Assembly: GCA_018920365.1 (NCBI GenBank)
Contig: JAHLMM010000001.1
Coordinates: forward strand, 135,628-199,627
From: Candidatus Aenigmatarchaeota archaeon
Lineage (GTDB): Archaea; Aenigmatarchaeota; Aenigmatarchaeia; CG10238-14
Reading direction: 5' to 3'
DNA length: 64,000 bases
A program made the position numbers and the translations under genes. Positions 10,362-18,171 of this stretch are shown in pieces (position 1 is the first letter of the stretch; each line of letters begins with the position of its first letter). Under the pieces are notes generated by a model, which worked only from the letters and a program-made list of their open reading frames with translations, made no database searches and was not told the DNA's origin.

Positions 10362-10973
10362 TTACTTTAATCTTTCAACATCTTTAATAAAATCATTTGT
10401 CTTTTCCGTTAAAACTTGCAAAGCTTGAGAGAAAATTTGTTCTGCTTTTAATCCGCAAACACTTTCAATATTAAATGTAAATTTATCATCTTCTTGTTTA
10501 TAGCCGACAACTGCAGCTTGCCATTTTGCATGGTTCTTGCCTAAACCCAATTCTGCAAAAGCTTCTAATTCAAGTTCTTGTCCTTCCATTAACTCGACAA
10601 TAGGTATTTTGTCAAAAACAGGTTTTACTCTGTCATCAGTTGTTTTTAAATCACCTGAATAAACCATGCAAGGTCCTGTTTTTTTCAATGCAAATGCAAC
10701 TTGGCATCTTGTACATCCCTTTCCTTCACATTGGCATTCGTCTTTAAAGTTAAAGAATTTTGGATCAAATGTCAGTGGAATCAAACCAAGTCTATGTGCA
10801 ACAATTTCATCCCATAAAACCGAATCGTTTGCATGAAAATCAACCCATTCTATTGCCATTGTAGGCACTTCAGAAACCATTATTCTTCTTAGCTCACCAG
10901 CAAAAGCTGGTTTTATACCTTCTATAAGTACTTTCATTTTATGATCATTTTTTTCAAGGATTTTTACTTTCAA
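10362..10973 (-). CDS. rpoD: DNA-directed RNA polymerase subunit D (Rpo3/RpoD)
   Basis: MKVKILEKND..KVLIEGI..AFAGELRRIM N-terminus; Cys-rich insert (CQCEGKGCTRC) as in 4Fe-4S-type subunit D; 203 aa. Confidence 0.8.
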   Translation of the reverse strand: MKVKILEKNDHKMKVLIEGIKPAFAGELRRIMVSEVPTMAIEWVDFHANDSVLWDEIVAHRLGLIPLTFDPKFFNFKDECQCEGKGCTRCQVAFALKKTGPCMVYSGDLKTTDDRVKPVFDKIPIVELMEGQELELEAFAELGLGKNHAKWQAAVVGYKQEDDKFTFNIESVCGLKAEQIFSQALQVLTEKTNDFIKDVERLK

Positions 10974-11079
10974 GCTATCACCAAGTTACCTTATGTTGTT
11001 TTGATTTAATTTATTTAAATCTTTATTGTTTTTGTTTTTATTATCTTTTCACTATTTGTGAAATAGAAGATATAAATTT

Positions 11080-11748
11080 ATGATGGATATGTTCGAATGG
11101 CATAAAAAAATAAAAGAAGTAAAAGTGATTGATGGAGTTAATCTTTTTCCTATTTCATGGCTTGGTGCAAAAGATTTTTGTGAATATCAGTTATATCTTG
11201 AAAAATTTGTTGGTGTTGAAGTAGAAAAAACATACGAAATGATATTGGGAAGTGAAGTTCATGCAAGATTGGAAGAGGAACATCTGGAAAAAGCAACTGA
11301 AAAGATGACTATACTAGAAGCTATAGAAGATTCTGAAAGAACAGGGAGAATATTAACTGCTAGGGAAGTTTCAATCAAATCTTTGAAAAATGGAATTTAT
11401 GGAAGGATTGACGAAGTTACAATTATGCCAGATAGAATTGTAATAATTGATGATAAGCCAGGTGACAAAGTCTATTTAGGTCATAAAAAGCAAGTGTGGG
11501 GATATTGCATAGGGTTTATGGATCAATTTAATGTAAATAAAAAGATTATATGTTCTGTAAGAAACAGAGATACGAAAGAGTTTTTATGGGTTGATGATTT
11601 TGACAAAGATGCGATGGAGATTATAAGAAAAGATATACAAAGTATACACGATCTAATAAATGAACTTAGAGATGCTGTACCTTCTGATAATGTTAACAAA
11701 TGCATGAAATGTAGATTCAGGAACGTCTGCGATAAGAGCCTATTATAA
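11080..11748 (+). CDS. Cas4-like / RecB-family PD-(D/E)xK nuclease with C-terminal Cys cluster (DUF83 type)
   Basis: Nuclease-fold core (IYGRIDEV...IDDKPG...) and C-terminal CMKCRFRNVC Fe-S-type Cys motif; 222 aa. Confidence 0.6.
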   Translation: MMDMFEWHKKIKEVKVIDGVNLFPISWLGAKDFCEYQLYLEKFVGVEVEKTYEMILGSEVHARLEEEHLEKATEKMTILEAIEDSERTGRILTAREVSIKSLKNGIYGRIDEVTIMPDRIVIIDDKPGDKVYLGHKKQVWGYCIGFMDQFNVNKKIICSVRNRDTKEFLWVDDFDKDAMEIIRKDIQSIHDLINELRDAVPSDNVNKCMKCRFRNVCDKSLL

Positions 11749-11793
11749 GCAAGGAAAACAATAATTATAAAATTCAAAAGTGAGTGAAAAAGG

Positions 11794-11805
11794 TGCCAGC
11801 TGGCA
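11794..11805. promoter_or_regulatory. Perfect 12-bp GC-rich palindrome TGCCAGCTGGCA flanked by four GTGAG repeats, 22 nt upstream of the wHTH gene
   Basis: Seen in sequence; GC-rich palindrome stands out in the AT-rich intergenic DNA. Confidence 0.45.
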
Positions 11806-11826
11806 AGTGAGAGTTTGTGAGAGATT

Positions 11827-12105
11827 ATGTCCATAAGACAAGATACTATAAAAAAGATTGGAAAAATTCTTTTTGTGCTTAAAGAAAGCGAAGATTGGCT
11901 TCATTTGAGAGAAATAGGAAGAAGAACTGGTATTCATCATCAAACTGTATCAGAAATATTAGATAAATATCTAAATCAGTTTATTTTAACTCAAAATCTT
12001 AATGATTACGGTTTAAAGCTTAAATTGGTAAAATTAAAGGATAAAAAAGTTGATTTAAAGGGTGTTTTAACATACTTGAAATACATGAAAAAGATTCAAG
12101 AGTAA
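11827..12105 (+). CDS. Small winged-helix DNA-binding protein
   Basis: LHLREIGRRTGIHHQTVSEILDKY HTH-like segment; 92 aa. Confidence 0.4.
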   Translation: MSIRQDTIKKIGKILFVLKESEDWLHLREIGRRTGIHHQTVSEILDKYLNQFILTQNLNDYGLKLKLVKLKDKKVDLKGVLTYLKYMKKIQE

Positions 12106-12173
12106 ATGTAAGACGTATGACATATGGCGTTTATTTTGTTTATTTTAACTAAAAAAGTTTATATTTTTCTTTT

Positions 12174-12189
12174 TGTAATACGTATTACA
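12174..12189. promoter_or_regulatory. Perfect 16-bp palindrome TGTAATACGTATTACA ending at the A of the Cas2-like ORF start codon; TATA-like TTTATATTTT about 25 nt upstream
   Basis: Seen in sequence; position is consistent with an operator at the TSS of a leaderless transcript. Confidence 0.45.
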
Positions 12190-12410
12190 TGTCTGAAATT
12201 TTGCTTGTGTATGATATACCAAAAACAAGAAATTCTTTGCTAGTCAGAATTTGGAGAAGGCTAAAAAAGATGAATGCATCAAAAATAATGGATTCTACTT
12301 GGTCAATAGAAGATAACGACATCAATTTTATAGTGGTAAAAGAAATAATGAATGAAATAATTAATGCGGGTGGAAGGGCTATTATTATAAGAGGTGAAAT
12401 TTTTGAGTAA
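12189..12410 (+). CDS. Cas2-like small ferredoxin-fold protein (VapD/Cas2 superfamily), weak call
   Basis: ILLVYDI (beta1 with candidate catalytic Asp), helix RIWRRLKKMN, ASKIMDSTWSIE hairpin (cf. GxRVQNSVFEC), terminal AIIIRGEI (cf. LRIYRLG); end overlaps kae1 start. Confidence 0.3.
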   Translation: MSEILLVYDIPKTRNSLLVRIWRRLKKMNASKIMDSTWSIEDNDINFIVVKEIMNEIINAGGRAIIIRGEIFE

Positions 12411-13386
12411 AATATCCTTGGGGATAGAATCAACAGCGCATACATTTGGAGTTGGTATAGTCAAAGACAAGGAAATTCTAGCTGACAAAAAATCTTTTTA
12501 CAAACCTCCGCTAGGACAAGGAATGCTTCCTAGAAAAGTTTTTGAATATCATGCAGAAAATGCTGTTTCAGTATTGAAAGATACATTGACAGAAGCAAGT
12601 ATATCAATAAATGATGTTGATATTATTTCTTTTTCCCAAGGTCCTGGTATTCCAAATTGCCTATCACTAGGTGCATTTATTGCTAGATATGTTTCAATGA
12701 AGTACAAAAAACCTCTTGTTGGTGTTAATCATCCTATTGCACATGTTGAAATAGCAAAAATGCTTACAAATTGCAAAGATCCTGTAGTTGTTTATTGTTC
12801 AGGCGGAAACACACAAATAATTGCGTTTGAATCAGGATTTTATAGAGTTTTTGGTGAGACACTTGATATACCAATAGGAAATGCATTTGATGTGTTAGCG
12901 AGATCTTTAGGCTTGGAAATGCCAGGAGGCCCTGTTATAGAAAATCTAGCAAAAAATGGTAAATGGGTAGAGCTACCGTATGTTGTCAAGGGCATGGATT
13001 TTTCCTTTTCTGGTATTGTTACTGAATGTCAAAAATTATATAAAAAAGGTCTTGATAAAAGAGATATTGCATATTCATTTCAAGAAACATGTTTTTCAAT
13101 GCTTACGGAAGCTGCTGAACGTGCAGTAGCACATACTGAAAAAAGTGAAGTTCTTGTTACTGGAGGTGTTGCTGCTAACAAAAGATTCAACAGTATGCTA
13201 GAAGATATGTGTAAAGATAGAGATGCAAAGCTATATTCTGTGCCTATCAAATATGCTGGAGATAATGGGGTAATGATTGCGTATACTGGACTAGTAATGT
13301 TCAATTCTGGCATACAAACTAAAATAAATGAATCAAGGATAAAGAAAGATTGGAGAATAGATGAAGTTCCTGTGAAGTGGATGTGA
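12394..13386 (+). CDS. kae1: tRNA t6A37 threonylcarbamoyltransferase Kae1 (KEOPS catalytic subunit)
   Basis: LGIESTAHTFGVGIV N-terminus, two His in NHPIAHVE, GGVAAN block; 330 aa; no fused Bud32. Confidence 0.85.
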   Translation: MKFLSKISLGIESTAHTFGVGIVKDKEILADKKSFYKPPLGQGMLPRKVFEYHAENAVSVLKDTLTEASISINDVDIISFSQGPGIPNCLSLGAFIARYVSMKYKKPLVGVNHPIAHVEIAKMLTNCKDPVVVYCSGGNTQIIAFESGFYRVFGETLDIPIGNAFDVLARSLGLEMPGGPVIENLAKNGKWVELPYVVKGMDFSFSGIVTECQKLYKKGLDKRDIAYSFQETCFSMLTEAAERAVAHTEKSEVLVTGGVAANKRFNSMLEDMCKDRDAKLYSVPIKYAGDNGVMIAYTGLVMFNSGIQTKINESRIKKDWRIDEVPVKWM

Positions 13387-13442
13387 AGTCTGCGTGAAGT
13401 TTTAAAAGGAAAAATAAATATACCAAAATATAATAATAATTT

Positions 13443-14099
13443 ATGGGGTTCAAGGATTTTATGAAGTCTGTTTTGGGAATAAAAAGATCGTCAACAGTTG
13501 TCAACAACAATCAACAACAATCAACAGTTGTCAACAACAATCAACAGTTGTCAACAGTTGATTTTTACAATAAAAGAGATCTTCAATATGCCAGAAGAAT
13601 AGGCCAAATAGAACAAATGGCAAACGATATTGCTATGATAAAAGAGAAAATAACTGGCCTTGATATAAAATTTGACATGAGAATTCAAGATAAGGTTCTT
13701 ACAGAAAAAAGATTTGAAGAAGAGGTTAATTCTAATGAAGATTTCTTCAGAGAACTTGAAGAAATTAGAAAAAGTGTTGAAGAAATGAAGATTATCATCA
13801 ACAATCAACAGTTGTCAACAGTTGTCAACAACAATCAACAACAATCAACAGTTGTCAACAACAATCAACAGTTGAAAATTCTCAAAAAAATTGAAAAATC
13901 AGCAGATAATTTGGAGTCAAGTATTAGAGAAAAGGAGATTCTAAAACAATTAAATGGATCTAGATTAAGCAGTGATGAAATAGGTAATTTAATTGGTATA
14001 TCAAGAAGCAGGGCAAATCAAATATTAATAGAAATGGAAAGAAAAGGACTAGTATTTAGAATAAAATATGGTAAAAAGATTCTTTGGGGAAAAAAATAA
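13443..14099 (+). CDS. Q/N-repeat, coiled-coil protein with C-terminal winged HTH (putative regulator)
   Basis: Three STVVNNNQQ(Q/L) repeats at the N-terminus and three more after a central coiled coil; C-terminal LSSDEIGNLIGISRSRANQILIEMERKGLV wHTH. Confidence 0.5.
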   Translation: MGFKDFMKSVLGIKRSSTVVNNNQQQSTVVNNNQQLSTVDFYNKRDLQYARRIGQIEQMANDIAMIKEKITGLDIKFDMRIQDKVLTEKRFEEEVNSNEDFFRELEEIRKSVEEMKIIINNQQLSTVVNNNQQQSTVVNNNQQLKILKKIEKSADNLESSIREKEILKQLNGSRLSSDEIGNLIGISRSRANQILIEMERKGLVFRIKYGKKILWGKK

Positions 14100-14100
14100 T

Positions 14101-14364
14101 TTACAAAAGCTCATTTTCACTGACAACTACAAAATCGCCTATTGATTTTACTGCACTAAAAGGTATCAACATTCTTCCCTTGTCATCTTCTTTAAGATTT
14201 AAATCTTTCAAAGCCTTTGTAGCACCTGCAACCACTATGTTTAACAGTTCGCCACTTTCTGTTACAAAATCAACATTACTAACAACCCCAAATCTTCTAC
14301 CTGTTTCTTCACTAATTATTGTCTTTCCAATAACGCTTTTTGCTTTTACTCTGGTATCAGCCAA
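14101..14364 (-). CDS. PRC-barrel domain protein
   Basis: VIGKTIISEETGRRFGVVSNVDF...IPFSAV pattern typical of single-domain archaeal PRC-barrel proteins; 87 aa. Confidence 0.65.
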   Translation of the reverse strand: MADTRVKAKSVIGKTIISEETGRRFGVVSNVDFVTESGELLNIVVAGATKALKDLNLKEDDKGRMLIPFSAVKSIGDFVVVSENELL

Positions 14365-14428
14365 TTAATCTCACCTTTTTATCTATTTATTTAATAACAA
14401 TATATTCTTTACTATATGTTTAAATATA

Positions 14429-15493
14429 TCACGCTTCTGCTAATATTGTTTTTGCCTTACCTGAAAGCGAATAAACAAACTTGTTAGCTACCTTTGCTCT
14501 TTTTATCAAATCTTCATCCATTAGTCTTTTGAGTATATTATTAACTGACCTTATAGCATGATCTTTTGTTTTATATTCCTTTATATCAATTTTTTCAACT
14601 ATCTCAGACGGAGAAAGATCTGGTGTCTTATTAAGAAGTTCTAATATCTCTTTTTGTTTAGGTGTTAACGTGAACTTCACTTGATCTACATGTGAAATTT
14701 TCTTTTCACTAAACACCTCCTCGACAAGCTTTGAATTTATAGATGTTAAATTCCTCAATGCTGCTTCTTTCACAAGCTGATCACAAACCTTGATTATTTC
14801 TCTAGGAAATCCCCCTGTTATTTCATGAATCTTTTTTATTGCGTCATTTGTGAAAGGTTTTATTCCTTCGCCACCTGCTCTGTCAATTCTTTTCTGTATT
14901 AAAGATTCTGTTTCCATTTCTGAAAGCGATTCTAGAACTACACGTGTATTAACTCTCATTAGCAAAGTAGGCAGCTCTGCCTCTATTTTCTTTTCAAAAG
15001 TCGGTAGTCCAGCAAATACTATTACAAGGTTTGGTACTAGATCATTTATTGTTCTTAACCATTCTAAAACTTCAAGTGAACATTCGTGAGCTTCATCAAC
15101 TAAAAATATAGTTTTTGTTTTTGTCTTATTTGTAACAAAATTCGTCAAATTGTTTATATCAACATCCTTAAACTTTATCTTATCTATGAAATTAAACCCG
15201 AGATTATGCTTGAAAAGTTGTATAAGCTCGTCTTTTGTAACAGGTGGTTTAGGTATATAATATGGTTTAAACCCATTGTAAGCTTTAATTTGGGCGTTAA
15301 GCCATGTTAATATAGTTGTTTTACCTGCACCTGTTGGACCTATCACCATAGCAGCCTTATGTTGATTAAAAACATGTGTCAATAATGTCTCAGTCTGCTT
15401 TGAATATCCTACCATAAGATCAGGTGAAATAGTAAGTGTAAATGGGTTTCTTGACCACCCAAACTTTTGAAAATATTCATATTTGTTCTCCAT
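14429..15493 (-). CDS. ExeA/GspA-like (AAA_22) AAA+ ATPase with C-terminal winged helix
   Basis: N-terminal NPF motif, Walker A GPTGAGKTT, Walker B FLVDEAH, LEWLRTIND, GGFPREII (cf. ExeA GGxPRxIN), C-terminal LSPSEIVEKI...LKRLMDEDLI wHTH. Confidence 0.6.
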   Translation of the reverse strand: MENKYEYFQKFGWSRNPFTLTISPDLMVGYSKQTETLLTHVFNQHKAAMVIGPTGAGKTTILTWLNAQIKAYNGFKPYYIPKPPVTKDELIQLFKHNLGFNFIDKIKFKDVDINNLTNFVTNKTKTKTIFLVDEAHECSLEVLEWLRTINDLVPNLVIVFAGLPTFEKKIEAELPTLLMRVNTRVVLESLSEMETESLIQKRIDRAGGEGIKPFTNDAIKKIHEITGGFPREIIKVCDQLVKEAALRNLTSINSKLVEEVFSEKKISHVDQVKFTLTPKQKEILELLNKTPDLSPSEIVEKIDIKEYKTKDHAIRSVNNILKRLMDEDLIKRAKVANKFVYSLSGKAKTILAEA

Positions 15494-15496
15494 AAT

Positions 15497-15583
15497 ACTT
15501 CACATAATCTTCACAAACAGTTAATTTAACGTGATTTATTAATTTAAAACTTATGTGAAGTTTTTGTGAAGTATACGTGAAGT
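15497..15583. promoter_or_regulatory. Repeat array: 2x ACTTCAC (15497-15503, 15509-15515), 39-nt AT-rich spacer, 3x GTGAAGT at exact 11-bp phasing (15555, 15566, 15577); divergent upstream region of the ExeA-like ATPase and the 2H-phosphoesterase gene
   Basis: Direct reading of sequence; inverted-versus-direct geometry around an AT-rich core. Confidence 0.6.
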
Positions 15584-15597
15584 TTTATTTATGAAAT

Positions 15598-16149
15598 ATG
15601 CAAATATTATTCATGAAGAGGCTATTTGTATGTATATGGATACCTGAAGATTTGAAAAAAAAGATACAAAATTTTCAAAAAACTTTAGAAAATCTTCCAT
15701 TAAAGGCAAAGTCTGTTGAATATGAAAATCTTCATCTTACAATAACATTTTTAGGTGATATAGAAGAAAAACAGATAGAAGATATTAAATCAAAATTAGA
15801 CCTAATCAAAGGTTTTAAAAGATTTGAAGTTGCTCTAAAAGGCTTGAAAATAATTCCTTCTGAAAATTATATCAGAGTTATAGGAATAAAAACTGAAAGT
15901 AAAGGTGAATTGGAAAAAATGATAAAAACAGTGGGAGAATTGATTGGCGGTAGCTTTCATGAACATGCTAAGATGACTTTGTTAAGAGTGAAAGATGTTA
16001 AAGACAAAATATATGTAAAAAAATTTATTGAAAAGAACAAGGATATAGAATTTGGTAAGTTTATTGCTAATAAATTAAGTCTTGTTGAAAGTATACTTAC
16101 ACCAAGCGGGCCTTTATACAAAACACTGTATGAAATAGATCTTGCATGA
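15598..16149 (+). CDS. 2H-phosphoesterase superfamily protein (LigT/ThpR-like 2'-5' RNA ligase / cyclic phosphodiesterase); true start maybe the Met near 15613
   Basis: HLTITFLG (H-x-T-x) motif and a second degenerate H-x-(T/S)-x region (HEHAKMTLLRV); 183 aa. Confidence 0.5.
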   Translation: MQILFMKRLFVCIWIPEDLKKKIQNFQKTLENLPLKAKSVEYENLHLTITFLGDIEEKQIEDIKSKLDLIKGFKRFEVALKGLKIIPSENYIRVIGIKTESKGELEKMIKTVGELIGGSFHEHAKMTLLRVKDVKDKIYVKKFIEKNKDIEFGKFIANKLSLVESILTPSGPLYKTLYEIDLA

Positions 16150-16484
16150 ACGAAAAAACTCTCGTGATAATTAGCATCATTGTATCAATAACAGGAATAA
16201 TAATAATGTTTTTAGCTAACAAGTTAACTCAACCTGAAATTGTGAAAATAAATCAGATAAGTATTGAGAAAAACTATGTAGCATTTAATTCTACTATTAC
16301 TAGTGTTCAAACAAAAACTGGTTTGATTATTTTGAATTTAAAGGATGAGACTGGAAATATACAAGGTATAATTTACTCTGATGATGTTAAATATAAACCT
16401 GGAGAAAAAGTAAAAATAATAGGAAAACCGCAAAAATACAAAGAAAAAACCCAGGTTTTTATACTAAACATCACTTCTATCTAA
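16146..16484 (+). CDS. Membrane-anchored OB-fold protein
   Basis: N-terminal TM, then beta-rich OB-like segment (GLIILNLKDETGNIQGIIYSDDV...KVKIIGK). Confidence 0.4.
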   Translation: MNEKTLVIISIIVSITGIIIMFLANKLTQPEIVKINQISIEKNYVAFNSTITSVQTKTGLIILNLKDETGNIQGIIYSDDVKYKPGEKVKIIGKPQKYKEKTQVFILNITSI

Positions 16485-17657
16485 ATCTTCGACAGACATT
16501 ATCTTTGTTTTTTTAGTTTCAAATTCCTTGTCTTTGCTTGACGCTATCAAATATTCTATTTCAAGTTTGTCTGCAATATCTGCTATTTCTTTTGTTATCG
16601 AACCGTCTATCAAAACTATTTCTGCGTTTTTGAGTGCTGCATTCTCTTCTGTAAATTGTGTTAAGGGCAGCTTCTCTATCATCTTCATTCTTTTGTTAAA
16701 AACATATGCTGCTCTTGTACCAATCATTTTGTCAAGTATATCTTTGATTTTCTCTTTTACATTGCTGTTTAAATCTTGTTTGTGCTCTATTGACTGTTCT
16801 GGTTGTTCTTCAATTCTATGAACTCTGCCTCTTTTTCTTATTGCTTCTGAAAAAGGCACTTTTTGTCTTAATGCTTTGAATATTTCTTTGTCTGTTAGCT
16901 CTTCTACTTCTTTTCCATCAGGTGCCCTGACAACACTATCTATTCTTAACAATCTAGACAACTTTTTTAGTATTAAATCGCCGCCTCTATCCCCATCAAG
17001 AAACACTGTTACCTTTTTGCCTTTTGCTACTTCTAAAATAGATTTGCTAGCTGATGTCCCACCTACTGCAGCCACATTCCTTATTCCATTTTTCAACAGA
17101 TTAGCTACATCTGCTCTTCCTTCAACAAGTATAACTTCGCCAGCATCTATTGCATCTGGCCCACATTCTATTCCATGATATTCAATTATTTCTGATGTTC
17201 TTACAGAACCTTTTATTGTTTCAGCAAGTGCATCAGCATCTGGCTGTTCTTTCATTAATTTCTGCAAAATTTCTTTTGCTCTATCAACAACATATTCCCT
17301 TTTAACTTCTCTTATATCTTTTACGTCCCTTAGCTTGATTTTAGCTTCACATGGACCTATTCTCTCTATTGTTTCAACTGCCGCAGCTATCAAAGCTGTT
17401 TCCGAGCTATCTAAACTAGAAGGTATGTATATTGTGCCTTCTGTCTTTCCTTCTTTTTCCCTTAAATCAACATCTATTCTTCCTATTCTTCCTGATTTCT
17501 GCAGTTCTCTCAAATCCAAATCTTGCCCTAACAAACCTTCTGTTTGTCCAAAAACAGCTCCTATTATATCTGGTTTTTCAACCAAACCTTCTGCGGTAAA
17601 ATCTGCCTCTATTAAGTATTTTATTGTAGATTGAGCTATCTTTCCCATTTTGAACAT
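16464..17657 (-). CDS. dnaG: Archaeal DnaG primase / exosome-associated Toprim protein
   Basis: DIIGAVFGQTEGLLG..DLRELQKSGRIGRI N-terminus matches archaeal DnaG; Toprim block VTVFLDGDRGGDLI; start likely the MGK Met at ~17648. Confidence 0.85.
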   Translation of the reverse strand: MFKMGKIAQSTIKYLIEADFTAEGLVEKPDIIGAVFGQTEGLLGQDLDLRELQKSGRIGRIDVDLREKEGKTEGTIYIPSSLDSSETALIAAAVETIERIGPCEAKIKLRDVKDIREVKREYVVDRAKEILQKLMKEQPDADALAETIKGSVRTSEIIEYHGIECGPDAIDAGEVILVEGRADVANLLKNGIRNVAAVGGTSASKSILEVAKGKKVTVFLDGDRGGDLILKKLSRLLRIDSVVRAPDGKEVEELTDKEIFKALRQKVPFSEAIRKRGRVHRIEEQPEQSIEHKQDLNSNVKEKIKDILDKMIGTRAAYVFNKRMKMIEKLPLTQFTEENAALKNAEIVLIDGSITKEIADIADKLEIEYLIASSKDKEFETKKTKIMSVEDLDRSDV

Positions 17658-18000
17658 CCTCCATTATTTTTGATATTTTATTCAATTCTTCTATTTTTAC
17701 CACCTTGAAGAGCTCTTTAAATTTCAATCTAAGCTCTGGGTTGTATTTTATCTTGTTATTTTCAAAGAATCTACAGATTCTTTGCTTCTTTAGTTCACCC
17801 TCACGATCAAAATCAGTTAAGATGACATATTCATCTTTCGGCAATTCAGAGGTGAACTTTTCTATTGTCTTCCCTGAAATTACATATATCTTTTGTATAC
17901 CTAGCTTCTCTAAAGCATTTTTGTCATTTTTGCCTTCAACAATTATTGAAAATTCTTGAAGCAAAGATACCATTTTTTCGTGATCGTGAGTAATGAACAT
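17578..18000 (-). CDS. Small stand-alone Toprim-domain protein (COG1658/RNase M5-like)
   Basis: IIVEGKNDKNAL (Toprim Glu) and VILTDFDREGE (DxD); 140-aa ORF whose tail overlaps the dnaG start. Confidence 0.55.
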   Translation of the reverse strand: MFITHDHEKMVSLLQEFSIIVEGKNDKNALEKLGIQKIYVISGKTIEKFTSELPKDEYVILTDFDREGELKKQRICRFFENNKIKYNPELRLKFKELFKVVKIEELNKISKIMEDVQNGKDSSIYNKILNRGRFYRRRFG

Positions 18001-18171
18001 TACTAACTCTATTTTCTATAGAAAGTATTTAAATTTTATGTTTTTAGGCTTTATAGGCAATAACATGAAAAAATAGAATATAGAACGATATCATGAAAAT
18101 TCGGCAAAATTTTTGTTAAAATTCATAATAAATTTTTAAATATACAAATTCTAGATTTATATTGTGAAATT

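Noticed and set aside
12189-12410. KEOPS subunit Pcc1 upstream of kae1
   Set aside because: The conserved Pcc1 LR..NS.LR C-terminal block is absent. The secondary-structure pattern fits Cas2/VapD better, though that call remains weak.
13480-13880. Short direct DNA repeats (CAACAACAAT/CAACAGTTGT units) that superficially look like a CRISPR-type repeat array
   Set aside because: The units are 9-10 bp, contiguous with no unique spacers, and lie in-frame inside one ORF encoding Q/N-rich peptide repeats. It is a coding microsatellite-like repeat, not a CRISPR array.
14429-15493. Second Orc1/Cdc6 paralog
   Set aside because: Although AAA+ plus winged helix resembles Orc1, the NPF N-terminus, GPTGAGKTT loop and GGFPREII block fit the ExeA/AAA_22 branch better. 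A bona fide Orc1 (GTGKT, ILDEIDAL) is at 30989..32203.
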